Below, in pieces: positions 24,440 through 37,369 of a stretch of DNA of 64,000 bases (position 1 is the first letter of the stretch; the number at the start of each line of letters is the position of its first letter). The notes beneath the pieces were generated by a model. That model ran no database searches. It was given only the letters and a program-made list of their open reading frames with translations, and was not told where the DNA came from. The translations under genes and the position numbers were made by a program. Origin of the DNA: Mobula hypostoma (taxonomy: Eukaryota); contig NC_086097.1 in the NCBI RefSeq assembly GCF_963921235.1, forward strand, positions 161,698,001 through 161,762,000, given 5' to 3'.

Positions 24440-26630
24440 TACTTCTCAGTCACAAGAAGGTGTGGCAATGAATGAAACAGGCATGAGAATCCAGAATGTT
24501 GTGTTGAAGAAGACTTAGTACTCGCAGTTTTTCAATGGTTATAGCAACCTGTCTGGAGGATAACGTTTACATCGTTACACGGAAAGCCATTCAAATTAGG
24601 GGATAAGAAAGAAGAAGGAAAGCTGTATTTGTAGGGACAGTGTGGTTAAGGAGTTGTCCGCATTGAGAGAGCCACACTTGAGGCAGGAACAGTTTTATTG
24701 GTGCCAGGATCAAGTAGGTTTCCTTGGAGCTGGAGAGAAACAGAGTAGGAGGGGAAGATCCAGTTATGGTGGTCCATGTGGCAACTTATCTAGGTCGTCA
24801 CCTGAGCTACATGCAAATTAGCATAGAGTCAAAAAAATCTGAAGACCTAACTCGAAGATCGGTGTGAAAAAAAAAGGTTTCAATGCAAAGGAACCGTTTC
24901 CAGTAGCTAGAAAGGAGCTGTATCATTGGCAAGATATTCACACTTTAATAAAAGGAGAGGTTTGTATGCTAATGAGAAATATTCTTCCCTCAAAAGTTCT
25001 AATGTTCACAATGAGCTGAAATTTGACTGTGAAGGAAAGAAGACACTAGTGAGAGTAATCTGTAAACTCCTAACAATAATATCATGGGGTACTATAAATT
25101 GATCATGGAGACCAGTCTGCAAGGTGCTCCAATAATCCTGGATGACTTTAGTTTACATATACTGGAAAATTCAAATTGGTGAATGTTGTCTTGAGGAACA
25201 GTTCATGGAGTGCACCTAGAATATTCTCTTTGGTTATCTTAGACTCAAGAGATACTGCAGATGCTGGAAATTGTGAGCAACACACTCAAAATGCTGGAGG
25301 GATTCTAACAAGTCAGGCAGCATCTATGTTAAGGAATAAACAGTCACTGTTTTGGGCCAAGTCTCTTCACCAGGTCTGGAAAGGAAGGAGTTTTGGAATT
25401 TCTGAAAGACAAGATCCACTATCACTTGGATCATCAAAGCTTGATCAAGAATAGTCACCATGGGAGGTCATGTCTGATAAATCTTTTGGTGTTTTTCAAA
25501 GAGGTAACTAAAGGCATAGATAAAAGTAGGGCAGTGGGTGTTGTCTTCATGGACTTTAGTAAGCCTTTTGACAAGGTCCTGCATGGTAGGCTGATCTGGA
25601 GTTTAAGTCACATGAGATTCGGAGAGTAGTAGTGAAGTGAATTCAGAATTAGCTTCATGATAGGAAGTTGAAGGGGATGGTTGAAGGCTGATTTTCTGAC
25701 TAGAGGCCTGTGACTAGTGGGGTGTTCCAGAGATCAGTGCTGGGACCTCTGTTACTCATTATTTATGTAAATAATTTGGATATTAATATACATGACACAA
25801 TTAACTAGTTTGCTGATGGTACTAAATAAGGGGGTCTTACTGACAGTGAAGCACATTACAATGAATTACAAAGATATCTTCATCAGTTAGGGAGATAGGC
25901 TGAGGAATGGCAAATGGATTTCAACTTAGATAAGACTGAAATGATGTACTTTGGACAGTTAAATCATGGTAGGTCCTGTACACTGAATGGCAGGTCACTG
26001 CTGAGTGCGGTAGAACAGAGGGATCTGGGAGTACAAGTACACAGAGTGGTAAAGAAGAAATTCAGCATGCTAGCCTCCATCAGTCAGGGCATCAAGATTA
26101 GGAGTAAGAACATTATACTGCAGTTATACAAGTTGCAGGTGTGGCCATACTGAAGTATTATGTACAGTTTTTGTCACCCTGATATAGGAAAGACAGTCAA
26201 GCTGGAGAGGGTACCTGGACTAGAGAGCCTGAGTTATATGGAGATGTTAGCAATGCTGAATTTTTATTCCCTTTAGTCCAGGAGAATGAGGAGTAACCTC
26301 AGAGAAGTTTCTAAAATGATGAGGGGTCTGGATAAAGTCACAGTATTTCCTCCAGGGTTGGGAAGTCCAAACCCAGAGTGCACAGATACAAGGTAAGTGG
26401 GGAGAGATTTAAAAGAGACCTGAGACGTAACTTCTTTATACAGAGGGTAGTGAGTACCTGGAATGAGTTGCTACAGTGAGTGGTTGAGGTGGGTACAATT
26501 GCATAGTTTAAGAGGCATTTTGATAGGTATATAAAGGGAAGGGGCTTGGAGGGTTATTGGGCTGAGTACAGACAACTGGAACTAGCCGTGAAGATGTTGT
26601 GGTCAGCATGGACTGGTTGGGCACTTGTGT
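24440..26630 (+). mobile_element. Decayed CR1 (ORF1 esterase-like remnant, APE remnant, RT, 3' end) with a Penelope terminus at 25245-25390
   Basis: gtagggacagtgtggtt and ccagttatggtggtccatgtg (SGNH-like blocks), HGRSCLINL, FMDFSKPFDKV. Confidence 0.7.
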
Positions 26631-28459
26631 AACGGAGGACTGAAAGCATACATATCTGACAAAGATGGGGGTATTCTTTGCCACTGTTTTGACAAAGAAT
26701 ATCAAGGTTATCTGTGGGATCATAACTAAAACTTGTCAAATATTTCTATAAAACCATAACTTGATTATGATGTTTGTGGATGGTTGATTTACACAAATTA
26801 CTGCATTGCAACAGTGACTCACTTACAATACCTGCAATACAGGAAAAAAAAGGTCCATCTGGTCCATGGCAGCTGCTGGGAGTGCAATCTCATTCCTCTT
26901 CTCATATTTTCCCATAATCTTACAATTTACTCTCTCTCATGTCCAACTCTTTGATTCTTTGGACATTTCCCTACATTACAAAGCAATTTACAAATTTAAG
27001 TAGCAATTAAAAGTCTAAACTTCAAAAGTACTTTATTGCCTGCAAAGTACTAAGGGCATTTTGAAAAGAATGTGAGGGTATTATCTACATGCAAATCATT
27101 TGTTTGGAGTAAGGAAGGTTAGCCAGCAGTGCACTCAAACTGATATTTATTGGCAGCAGAACCAGGGACTGTGTTATGTGATGTTAGAATAATGAAAATA
27201 ACATTTGTGGATATCTGGTCTGAAGGTGATCATGGAATACTGTACAATGTGGCACTAAGAAAACAAATCAGATAGCTGCCATCGAGAAAGATAAAGTTGG
27301 AGCTTGTGAATATTATCTGAATGATGGTATTGAATGATGCTGTGAGGCACTACATAGATGAAAAATAGAAGGGAACCAAGGACAGATTTCCGCAATGTTC
27401 AAGAAATAATGTCATAAATGTGGAAAGAGACTCAACCATTTCAATGGTCTTCTGGCTGGCTTCCCATTCTGCAACTTCCATAAATATGAAGTTATCTGGA
27501 ACTCTTACACAGATGATCCTATCCAGTACTGAAATGCTATACCTCAGCGTCACCAATCTATCTGCCCCACAGCACCTGCAAGTCATTAAGCACAGTGGTG
27601 ATTTAAAGAATCATTGAATTCCTTATTGAATTTACATCCTCACCAGTTGTATTACCTGACCTTACAATACATTCTATTTTTATTTGAGCTTCTTGGTCCT
27701 TATTTGTAATCCTTTCATTTTCTCAGCTTTCCCAAATGAAGTTACCTCTTCAAGTTCCACAACTACATCCCTCTTAGTCATTGCCATACAGCACACAAAC
27801 ACATCCTTTGACCCAAATAGTGTATGACAATTGTGTTGCCCAGCAAGCTAGTCCAATCTGCCTGCATTTGGCCCACTGCTCGCTAATCCTCTTCAATGCA
27901 CGTGCATACCTAGCTGGTTTTTAAACATTGCTAAATATGCCCACCTCAACCACTGCCTCAGGCAGTTCATTCTAAATTTCTCATTTCTGATTTCAAACTT
28001 ATTGTTTACAGCATCAAAACCTTTGTCTGACTCTGGTCTCTGTATGGTCATCTCTTCCTGGATAAATGAAATAGACAGTGTCTTCAGCTGCTTGTCTCAA
28101 ATTCCCTTCCTAACTCCTCTATCTCTCACTCCTTTGATATACTGTATTTGTTGAAGCCAGGAAAAAGGAAGTGGGGCTTCTGAGCAGAACGGATGTGATT
28201 AAATATATTTATAGATTTACAACTGGTTGGTCTTCAAAAAGATAAATATGCAAAGTAATTCATTTGAATAACATATCTTAATCAAGTTACTCAATTAAAT
28301 TGAAAGTTTTATTTAAACTCTTGCGCATAATATTATAAATCAATAATTTTTTTGCTGGTGGTAATAAAATGTAAGGCACTTTTTGGATGATTTGTCATTT
28401 TCTATTAATCAAAACTCATCCAAGCAATGGAAAAATGTCATTTGCAACTGTTAAATACA

Positions 28460-29628
28460 AAAGGTCCCACACAGGAGATTAGTGTGCAAACTTAAAGCAC
28501 ACGGTATTGGGGGTAAGGTATTGGTGTGGGTGGAGAATTGGTTAGCAGACAGGAAGCAAAGAGTGGGAATAAACGGGACCTTTTCAGAATGGCAGGCGGT
28601 GACTAGTGGGGTACCGCAAGGCTCAGTGCTGGGACCCCAGTTGTTTACAATATATATTAATGACTTGGATGAGGGAATTAAATGCAGCATCTCCAAGTTT
28701 GCGGATGACACGAAGCTGGGTGGCAGTGTTAGCAGTGAGGAGGATGCAAAGAGGATGCAGGGTGACTTGGATAGGTTGGGTGAGTGGGCAAACTCATGGC
28801 AGATGCAATTTAATGTGGATAAATGTGAAGTTATCCACTTTGGTGGCAAAAATAGGAAAACAGATTATTATCTGAATGGTGGCCGATTAGGAAAAGGGGA
28901 GGTGCAACGAGACCTGGGTGTCATTATACACCAGTCATTGAAAGTGGGCATGCAGGTACAGCAGGCGGTGAAAAAGGCGAACGGTATGCTGGCATTTATA
29001 GCGAGAGGATTCGAGTACAGGAGCAGGGAGGTACTACTGCAGTTGTACAAGGCCTTGGTGAGACCACACCTGGAGTATTGTGTGCAGTTTTGGTCCCCTA
29101 ATCTGAGGAAAGACATCTTTGCCATAGAGGGAGTACAAAGAAGGTTCACCAGATTGATTCCTGGGATGGCAGGTCTTTCATATGAAGAAAGACTGGATGA
29201 ACTGGGCTTGTACTCGTTGGAATTTAGAAGATTGAGGGGGGATCTGATTGAAACGTATAAGATCCTAAAGGGATTGGACAGGCTAGATGCGGGAAGATTG
29301 TTCCCGATGTTGGGGAGGTCCAGAACGAGGGGTCACAGTTTGAGGATAGAGGGGAAGCCTTTTAGGACCGAGATTAGGAAAAACTTCTTCACACAGAGAG
29401 TGGTGAATCTGTGGAATTCTCTGCCACAGCAAACTGTTGAGGCCAGTTCATTAGCTATGTTTAAAAGGAAGTTAGATATGGCCCTTGTGGCTACAGGGGT
29501 CAGGGGGTATGGAGGGAAGGCTGGGTTCTGTGTTGGATGATCAGCCATGATCATAATAAATGGCGGTGCAGGCTCGAAGGGCCGAATGGCCTACTCCTGC
29601 ACCTATTTTCTATGTTTCTATGTTTCTA
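28460..29628 (+). mobile_element. Young 5'-truncated CR1 LINE with an uninterrupted RT C-terminal frame
   Basis: 352-aa ORF 28482-29540 (SGVPQGSVLGP, KFADDTK, LEYCVQFWSP, RGHSL) without stops; (tttctatg)n tail. Confidence 0.95.
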
Positions 29629-30167
29629 ATTCAACTCCAAATCCATTCTAATGTCACTTTTGACTACAATACAGCCTCTATATATTTTAATACATTTCAC
29701 TTCCAATAGCATAGATCGCTATTTTGCGTACGTTAATTTTCGCTATTAAAAGGGCAAAATTGCCTACAAATCTGGAAAAAAATAAATTAGCTGATACATT
29801 CCATCCAAAGATTTTTGTCACACATTTTGTTAAATTGGTGGAAGCACAGAATGCATTCACTGCGCTATTTGGCTCACCATGTCCATCGTGCTTTATAATT
29901 ACCTAGGGCAGAATGGAGGGCAATAGGAGGTCAGGGAGCTGTGGCAAAGCAGGTAGCGCTCTTAACTGTATAAAAAAAAGATGGACCGAATGTCCTATGA
30001 ACATATTGCATCGTTCTAATCGCCGAGAAGCGATAAACCACCTCTAAGAGGTACAATATCAGTGTTTCCCGTTGTTTTATGAGGATGGATGAATCCTCTT
30101 CAACGCCGCCACATACCCGGAATCGAGCGGATACAGTACTAATATCGTCTTCAACCCGCGTTCTTAC

Positions 30168-30183
30168 TCTCCTTCGCCGCCAT
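30168..30183 (-). CDS. Candidate first coding exon (MAAKE plus 1 nt) of the minus-strand gene
   Basis: caacATGGCGGCGAAGGAGA|gtaaga; strong Kozak context; unspliced frame stops after 10 codons; phase 1 matches exon 3184-3260. Confidence 0.55.
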
Positions 30184-30269
30184 GTTGAAATGCCTCCCGG
30201 CGTCCACCAGAGCGGGTGGTGGGCGAGCGCGTGGGCAGTCGGCGGTTCTGCTGAGCACGCGCACTGCGC

Positions 30270-30495
30270 GGGAGCGAGCGACGGAGGTGTTGGTGGCAGT
30301 GGTGAGGGCGGTCGCGCGCGTTTGTGTGTGTGTGTGTCTGTGTGCCGCAGCTGCAGCTACTCATCAAGAAATCGCGGCCGGATTCTAAACTCTTCATGTT
30401 TTCATTAAGTGCTTGGAGAAAAAGGAGCACCGTTTGTTGACTGAAACCTGCAGTCCAAAGGAGCAGCGCGATTTCTCCCCTTAACTGAAGGAAAA
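30270..30495 (+). other. Candidate non-coding first exon (5' UTR) of a plus-strand gene, start approximate
   Basis: Inside the CpG island, ends AAA|GTAAGT (consensus donor); contains uORF 30396-30440 MFSLSAWRKRSTVC*. Confidence 0.6.
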
Positions 30496-32009
30496 GTAAG
30501 TGTGCCTTTTCGAAACAAGAGCTAAAAGGGTCTGATCTTTTTTTCTCTCTCTCCCTCCCTCCCTCCCTCACCCTAACGACGACAAGAAAGAAATCCCGCA
30601 GTTAGAAAAAGGTGGTTCAGTAACTGACGGCGGAGTGGCTAAGTTTGCAGCGCCTACATGGATGGGAAGGAAGAGTGGCGCCTAGTGTCGCCCGCTGTCC
30701 TTGTTCTCCCTGTTTGCCCCTTAGTAAAAGGGAGGAGAAATTGACTTTTACATTTTAAATCTTGCATGGAATGTAATACGGCCGACATGCACGGACGGTT
30801 ATATATTTGTTTTTCGTTTTTACTGTCGTGGCACACAGTTCATTTTGGTCTTGATAGTCGAAAGCAAAAATCACAATAAGTGTTTATGTAAAATGTTGCT
30901 GTTTCATTTTATTTGGCCCTTAGGTGGCTCTGTGTGCGTGACTAACATCGTATATTTTTTACTGCATTAACAAAAAAGCTTGCCATCACTGTAGCCTGTG
31001 TATTGAGTGCGTACCTTAATTCGTTCTATGTTGCAGAATATGCAGAGGAGATCTGCGGGTTTTCAGCTCCACAACCTGATTGATTCCCCCCAACATTTTG
31101 AGACGAATAATTTTTGTCGAGCCTTGCCTAAAACGTTTATAATTTTGGACAGAGGAGTTTCATTTCACTTATCTTAAAAAGTGATCCCCCACCCCGATAT
31201 CCACTGCAATGTTTTCACACATCTGATTCAGTGCTTTTTTTTATTCTGCTTTCTAGTTAATGACTTGATGTTTGGTAACATTTATAGGACAGTTTTTATT
31301 TTTACAACGAGTTGTAAAACTGGTATCGTGCAGAATGAACGTACAACCTCATTAACATGTAGTCAAGATTGAGACCCAAGTGTCTCGCTGTGTTGCTTTC
31401 AATAAACAATTATGAATTGGAGTATTTACTACTACTAAATTGAGAAAACTCGCATTTGTCTTTAAATTTAACTTTAAAAAAATTTTATTCTTGCAACTAG
31501 TTTAAAAATATTGCTACAATAAGCCTTAATGACTCCAGTCACGTGTATTAATTGTAAAATATAGCTTTCGTTTCAAGTTTGAACGCATGTAACTGTATTT
31601 TACCAGAAGTTGAATGAAGTGCATCGCTTTACTGCATTGCTTTGAAATGAAAATAAATGATTTGGGGAAACTTTAACTTATGAACACTGTCATCACCATA
31701 CTGAGACCAAATTGATCCCACTGCAGACCACCATAGCAGTCAAAAATTTCTCAGTTGAAAATGTAAATGATAAGGAAAACTGACAATTTCAAGAATTAGA
31801 CTAAATTACTGTAAAATCACTGGTACCTGGAGAACACATTACTATGCAACTACACTTAAAAAGAAACAAAATATTGAATATTTGATTACTCAAGTCAAAC
31901 CTGGCATCCAAATACTTTGAAATGAAGGGTAACATCTTCCCAGTAGAGTTTAATGGAAATATGAAGGAGTATTTATTATTGTCTTAATTTTTGTACTATG
32001 ATGTGATGG

Positions 32010-34455
32010 GAGATTTTTTTTAACTTTCCTAATATTGATTGGCATCTCCTTAGCACAAGGGGTTTAGATGGGGTGGAGTTTGTTAGGTGTGTTCAGGAAG
32101 GTTTTTTTGACACAATATGCAGATAAGCCTACAAGAGGAGAGGTTGTACTTGATCTGGTATTGGGAAATGAACCTGGTCAGGTGTCAGATCTCAGTGGGA
32201 GAGCATTTTGGAGTTAGAATTGTGATCACTATCTCCTTTACCAGAGCAATGGAGAGAGATAGGAACAGACAAATTAGGAAAGCATTTAATTGGAGTAAGG
32301 GGAAATATGAAGCTATCAGGCAAGAACTTGGAAGCATAAATTGGGAGCAGATGTTCTCAGGGAAATGTACTGCAAAAATGTGCAAATGTTTGGGGAATAT
32401 TTGCATGAAGTTCTGCATAGATATGTTCCATGAGGCAGGGAAAGGATGGTAGGGTTAAAGAATCATGATGTACAAAGTATGTAGAAAATCTAGTTGAAAA
32501 GAAAAGCTTATGAAAGGTTCAAGAAACTAGGTACTGTTAGAGCTCTAGAAAATTACAAGGTTGCTATGAAGAAGCTTAAAAATGGAATTAGGAGGGTTTG
32601 AAGGGACCATGAGAAGGGGTCTTGGTGAGCAGGATTAAGGCAAATCCCCAAGGCATTCTATGAGTATATGAAGAGCAAGAAGATGAGCTGTGTGAGAATA
32701 AGACCAATTAGGTGTGATAGTCAAAACTTGTGCATGGAAACGGAGGAAGTAGCAAAGGTACTTAATGAATACTTCGCTTCAGTATTCACCAGGGAAAAAG
32801 ACCTTGGCAATTGTGGGGATGACTTCCAGTGGATTGAAACGCTTGAGCATAGAGACATTAAGAAAGAGGATGTGCTGGAGCTTTTGAAAAGCATTAATTT
32901 ATGTAAGTCAATGGGACAGGCTGAGATGTACGGCAGGCTACTGTGGAAGTGAGGGAGGGGATTGCTGAGCCTCTTGCGATGATCTTTGTGTTATCAATAG
33001 GACGGGAGAAGTACCGGAGGTTTGGAAGGTTGCAAATGTTGACCTCTTGTTTAAGAAAGGGAGTGGAGATAACCCAGGAAATTATAGACCATTGAGTCTG
33101 ACTTCAGTGGTGGGCAAGTTGTTGGAGAAGATTCGGAGAGGCAGTATTTATGAGCATTTGGAGAGACATAATCTGATTAGAGACAGTCAGCATAGCTTTG
33201 TTAAGAGCAGGTCATGCCTTATGAACCTGATTGAATTCTTTGAGGATGTAACAAAACACCATTGATGAAGGTAGAGCAGGGTAGTGTATGTTGATTTCAG
33301 TAAGGCATTTGATAAGGCTCCTTTAGAAAGTAAGGAGGTATGGGATCCAAGGAGACCTTGCTTTGTGGATCCAGAATTGACTTGCCCACAGAAGGCAAAG
33401 GGTGGTTGTAGATGGTTCGTATTCTACATGGAATTTGAAGACATTGTGTAATATAAATGGTAAGGCTTTTGGCTGTGTGGCGGACCCCAAGATCTCTCAG
33501 ATCTGTATTGATAGGACACTTAAAGCTGCTGTGCAGGTTGACAGTGTTGTTGAATTGACCTTATTTCTTACATCCTTCACATACATGAGGAGTAAAAATC
33601 TTTACATCATGTCTCCGATCCGTCTAAATGTGCAATCATAGTAATTTATAATAAATTGAACAGTCAATGTAACTAACATAGCTTGAGTTAATCAGTCTGA
33701 TGGCATAGTGGAAGAAACTGTCCTGGAGCCTGGCCTGGCTTTTATGCTGCGGTACTGTATCCCAGATGGTAACAGCTGGAATAGATTGTGCTTGAGGTGA
33801 CTCGGGTCCCCAGTGATCCTATGGTGTTAAGAAGGTGTACGGTGTGTTGACATTCATCAATTGTGGGATTGAGTTCAAGAGCTGTGAGGTAATGTTACGG
33901 CTATATAAGACCCGTGATCAGACCCCGCTTGGTGTACTGTGTTCAGTTCTGGTCACCTCACTACAGGAAGGATGTGGCTACTATGGAGAGAGCACAGAGG
34001 AGATTTAAAGGATGTTGCCTGGATTGGAGGGCATAGTTTATGAGAATAGGTTGAGTGTACTTGGCCTTTTCTCTTTGGAGCAACAGAGCTTGAGATGTGA
34101 TCTGATAGAGGTGTACCAGATGATCAGGGGCATTGATTGTGTGGATAGCGGGAGGCTTTTTCTCAGGGCTAAAATGGCTAACATGAGAGGGCATAGTTTT
34201 AAGGTGCTTGGAAATAGGTACCGAGGGAATGTCAGGGGTAAGTGGTGGGTGCGTGGAATGCACTGCTGGCGACAGTGGTGGAGGTGGATACAATAGGGTC
34301 TTTTAAGGGCCTCTTAGATAGGTACATGGAGCTTAGAAAAATAGAGGGCTATGGGCTAGGGAAATTCTAGGCAGTCTCTAAAGTAGGTTACATGGTGGGC
34401 AGAAAATTGTGGGCCGAAGGGCCTGTAATGTGCTGTAAATTTCTATGTTCTATCC
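32010..34455 (+). mobile_element. CR1 LINE, decayed, with internal deletion, microinversion and an antisense Rex-type 3' insert (~33555-33825)
   Basis: NEYFASVFT, PGNYRPLSLTSVVGK, RGHSFKV; 3' UTR ending ttctatgttctat. Confidence 0.9.
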
Positions 34456-35676
34456 ATTATGCTTAAACATCTGTGTCTATGCATCTTTGTACTTTTATAC
34501 GACTGGATTAGATTATACTGCACTCTTCACTGGAAAAATAGATTGAAAGGAAAGGTTCATTGAAATACAAATATTTTGTATGTACTTTCTAGCATTTTAT
34601 GTGTACAATCATTTAAGTATGTGATTACAGATCTGTGAATGCAACCTTTGTAGTATGGCTGAAATTTGTGGAGGAGACCAATGAATTTAATTTTTTTGAG
34701 ACCAAGTATTGTACATAGTTCTTTGTATTAGTTGATTAGATTTTCTGATGCCCTTAATCTTTTTGATAATGTAGTTGTTAGTTTAAATGGAATTGGTACA
34801 ATAAATGTGTTTTAGGAAAAAATTGCCTATGATAGTCATAGTCATACTTTATTGATCCCGGGGGAAATTGGTTATGGATATGCTGTATACTTTCAGTCCA
34901 AACTGAGATTTATTTTTGTTCTTAATCTAGTATTGAACCTGGTGGGATTTGTACTTGCATCTGACAGTTTCTTCATTTGTGCATCCTTTTACACAGAAAT
35001 GATTCTAACAGGACAGCACTTGTTATTCATTTCCAGTTGTTAGCTGGTGGTAATCTACCTGAACTACTGACTTTTTGATCTGGTGGTGCTTTGCTTGATC
35101 ATGAGCTTGGAATATTGTTAACTGAGACATGATCAAAGATCAAAGTGCATATGTCACCATATTGCAAACCTGAGATTTGTTTTCTTGTGGGCATACTCAA
35201 TGAATCAATGATAGAATAATAACCATAATGTAATCAATGAAAGACCACTTGTTCGTTCAACAAGTGTGCAAAAGACAACAAACTGTGCAAATACAAAAAG
35301 AAGGAATTAATAGTAAACAAATTATCATTAAATATGGAACATGAGTTGAAGAGTCCCTGAAAGTGAGTCCATAGGTTCTGGAAGGAATTCAATGATGGGG
35401 CAAGTGAAGTTATCCCCTTTGGTTCAAGAAACTGATGGTTGAGGGGTTAATAATTGTGCCTGAACCTGGTGGCATGAGTCCTGAGGCTCCCATACCTTCA
35501 TGATGGCAGCAGAAAGAGGAGAGAATGTCCTGATTGCGGGCGGGGGGGGGGGCGGGGAGGTCCCTGATCATGGATGCTGCTTTCCTGTGACATTTCATGT
35601 TGATGTACTCAGTGGTACACTACATATCTATGGAAGTCTGACAAAATTTTAGATGTCAGACTGAATCTTTGCAAAC

Positions 35677-37188
35677 AGTTGGGGGTGTTGTGGATAGTGT
35701 GGAGGGCGGTCAGAGGTTACAGCAGGACATCGGTAGGATGCAAAACTGGGCTGAGAAGTGGCAGATGAAGTTCAAGTGGGAGGTGGTTCATTTTGGTAGG
35801 TCAAATATGATGGCAGAATGTAGTATTAATGGTAAGACTCTTGGCAGTGTAGAGAATCAGAGGGATTGTGGGGTCCGAGTCCATAGGACACTCAAAGCTG
35901 CTGCACAGGTTGACTGTGTGGTTAAGAAGGCGTACGGTACGTTAGCCTTCATCAAACGTGGGATTGAGTTCTAGAGGATGGCGGCGTGATGCAGCGCGCG
36001 CGGCCGCTCCAAAATGATATCGTATTTGTAAGTAGGTACTGTGCACAATCCTGATTTGATGGAGATAGATGTGAGAAGCACGGAGGAACATCTGGAGAAA
36101 CTTCTGAAATGCCTGCTTCGCTGCCGTTGCTGCTGTGCGATCGAGAATCTCCGGTGGGGAAGGCCCCAAATCCTTGGCTTTGCCTGTTGCCGGGGCCAGG
36201 GTCGAAGCGCCCGGCAGAGATGGTGCTCGTGTTGGAGGGCTGGTCGGAGACTCTAAGTTTCAGACGGACTCAAGAGTCGGCTGTGGTCGGGTGCTTCCAG
36301 GGTGCTGCATTGGTAAGTTTGCAGCGCTGGAGGTTCATGGCAGGAAGAGAGTTTCTCTTCCTTCTACTGTTTGTGTGAGATGATGGGACTTTTGAGAGAC
36401 TTTGAGATTTTTTTTATCGTGCCAATGGTCTGTTCTTTATCAAATTATGGTATTGCTTTGCACTCTTGTAACTACATGTTATAATTATGTGTTTTATGTC
36501 AGTTTTTTTAGTCTTGGTTTGTCTTGTGTTTCTGTGATATCATTCTGGAGGAATATTGTATCATTTACTAAATGGCAATAAAAGAGGACTGTGTGTCCTC
36601 ATAATCAAAATCTGAGAGGTACTATTACAGTTATATAGGACCCTGGTCAGACCCCACCTTGGAGTACTGTGCTCAGTTCTGGTCACCTCACTACAGGAAA
36701 GATGTGGAAACTATAGAAAGGATGCAGAGGAGATTTACAAGGATGTTGCATGGATTGGGGTGCATGCCTTATGAGAATAGGTTGAGTGAACTCAGCCTTT
36801 TCTCCTTGGAGCGATGCAGGATAAGAGGTGACGTGATAGAGGTGTATAAAATGATGAGAGGCATTGATCATGTGGATAGTCAGAGGCTTTTTCCCAGGGC
36901 TGAAATGGCTAACATGAGAGTGTACAGTTTTAAGGTGCTTGGAAGTAGGTACAGAGGAGATGTCAGGAGTAAGTTTTTAACCAAGAGAGTGGTGAGTGCG
37001 TGGAATGGGCTGCTGGCGATGGTGGTGGAGGACGATACGATAGGGTGTTTTAAGAGACTTCTGGACAGGTACATGGAGCTTAGAAAAATAGAGGGCTGTA
37101 GGTAACCCAAGGTAATTTCTAAAGTAAGTACACGTTCAGCACAACATTGTGGGCTAAAGGGCCTGTATTGTGCTGTAGGTTTTCTATG
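35677..37188 (+). mobile_element. 5'-truncated CR1 nested in a Rex-type LINE
   Basis: ORFs 35669-35974 and 36659-37105; flanking tttgcaaac and tttgtaaac as probable TSD. Confidence 0.85.
35977..36613 (+). mobile_element. ~640-bp non-autonomous retroelement nested in CR1
   Basis: Begins gatggcggcg (CpG-rich head), AT-rich tail shared with 21-136; CR1 sequence is continuous across it. Confidence 0.75.
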
Positions 37189-37369
37189 TTTGTAAACTCC
37201 TAAAGAAGTAGAGGCTTTCTTTGTAATTGCTATTTGCATGTTGGAGCTTTTCTCTTTAACCGCTGCTTGTATGCAGTTAAATGAAGGACAGCTAAGTGAT
37301 CTGATTTGCTGAAGTGCAGTTGGGGTTTGGAGTGGTATTCATTCCTTATTCGAGCATAACAGTGATCTA

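Larger units (their letters stand above)
30000..30830. promoter_or_regulatory. CpG island, probable bidirectional promoter
   Basis: The only CpG-dense segment not attributable to a repeat; YY1-type GCCGCCATGTT at 30176-30186; outward-facing splice donors on both strands (30167 minus, 30496 plus). Confidence 0.8.
35130..37230 (-). mobile_element. Rex1/Babar-type 3' fragment split by a CR1 insertion
   Basis: 35130-35676 aligns by eye with 190-860; continues aaactcctaaagaagtagagg after 37190. Confidence 0.75.

Noticed and set aside
28405..28447. Minus-strand acceptor ttgtatttaacag followed by IANDIFPLLG
   Set aside because: In-frame stop and no convincing donor
30079..30571. 109-, 135- and 68-aa ORFs in the CpG island
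   Set aside because: Stop-poor GC-rich DNA; they cross splice donors and simple repeats and show no recognisable domain
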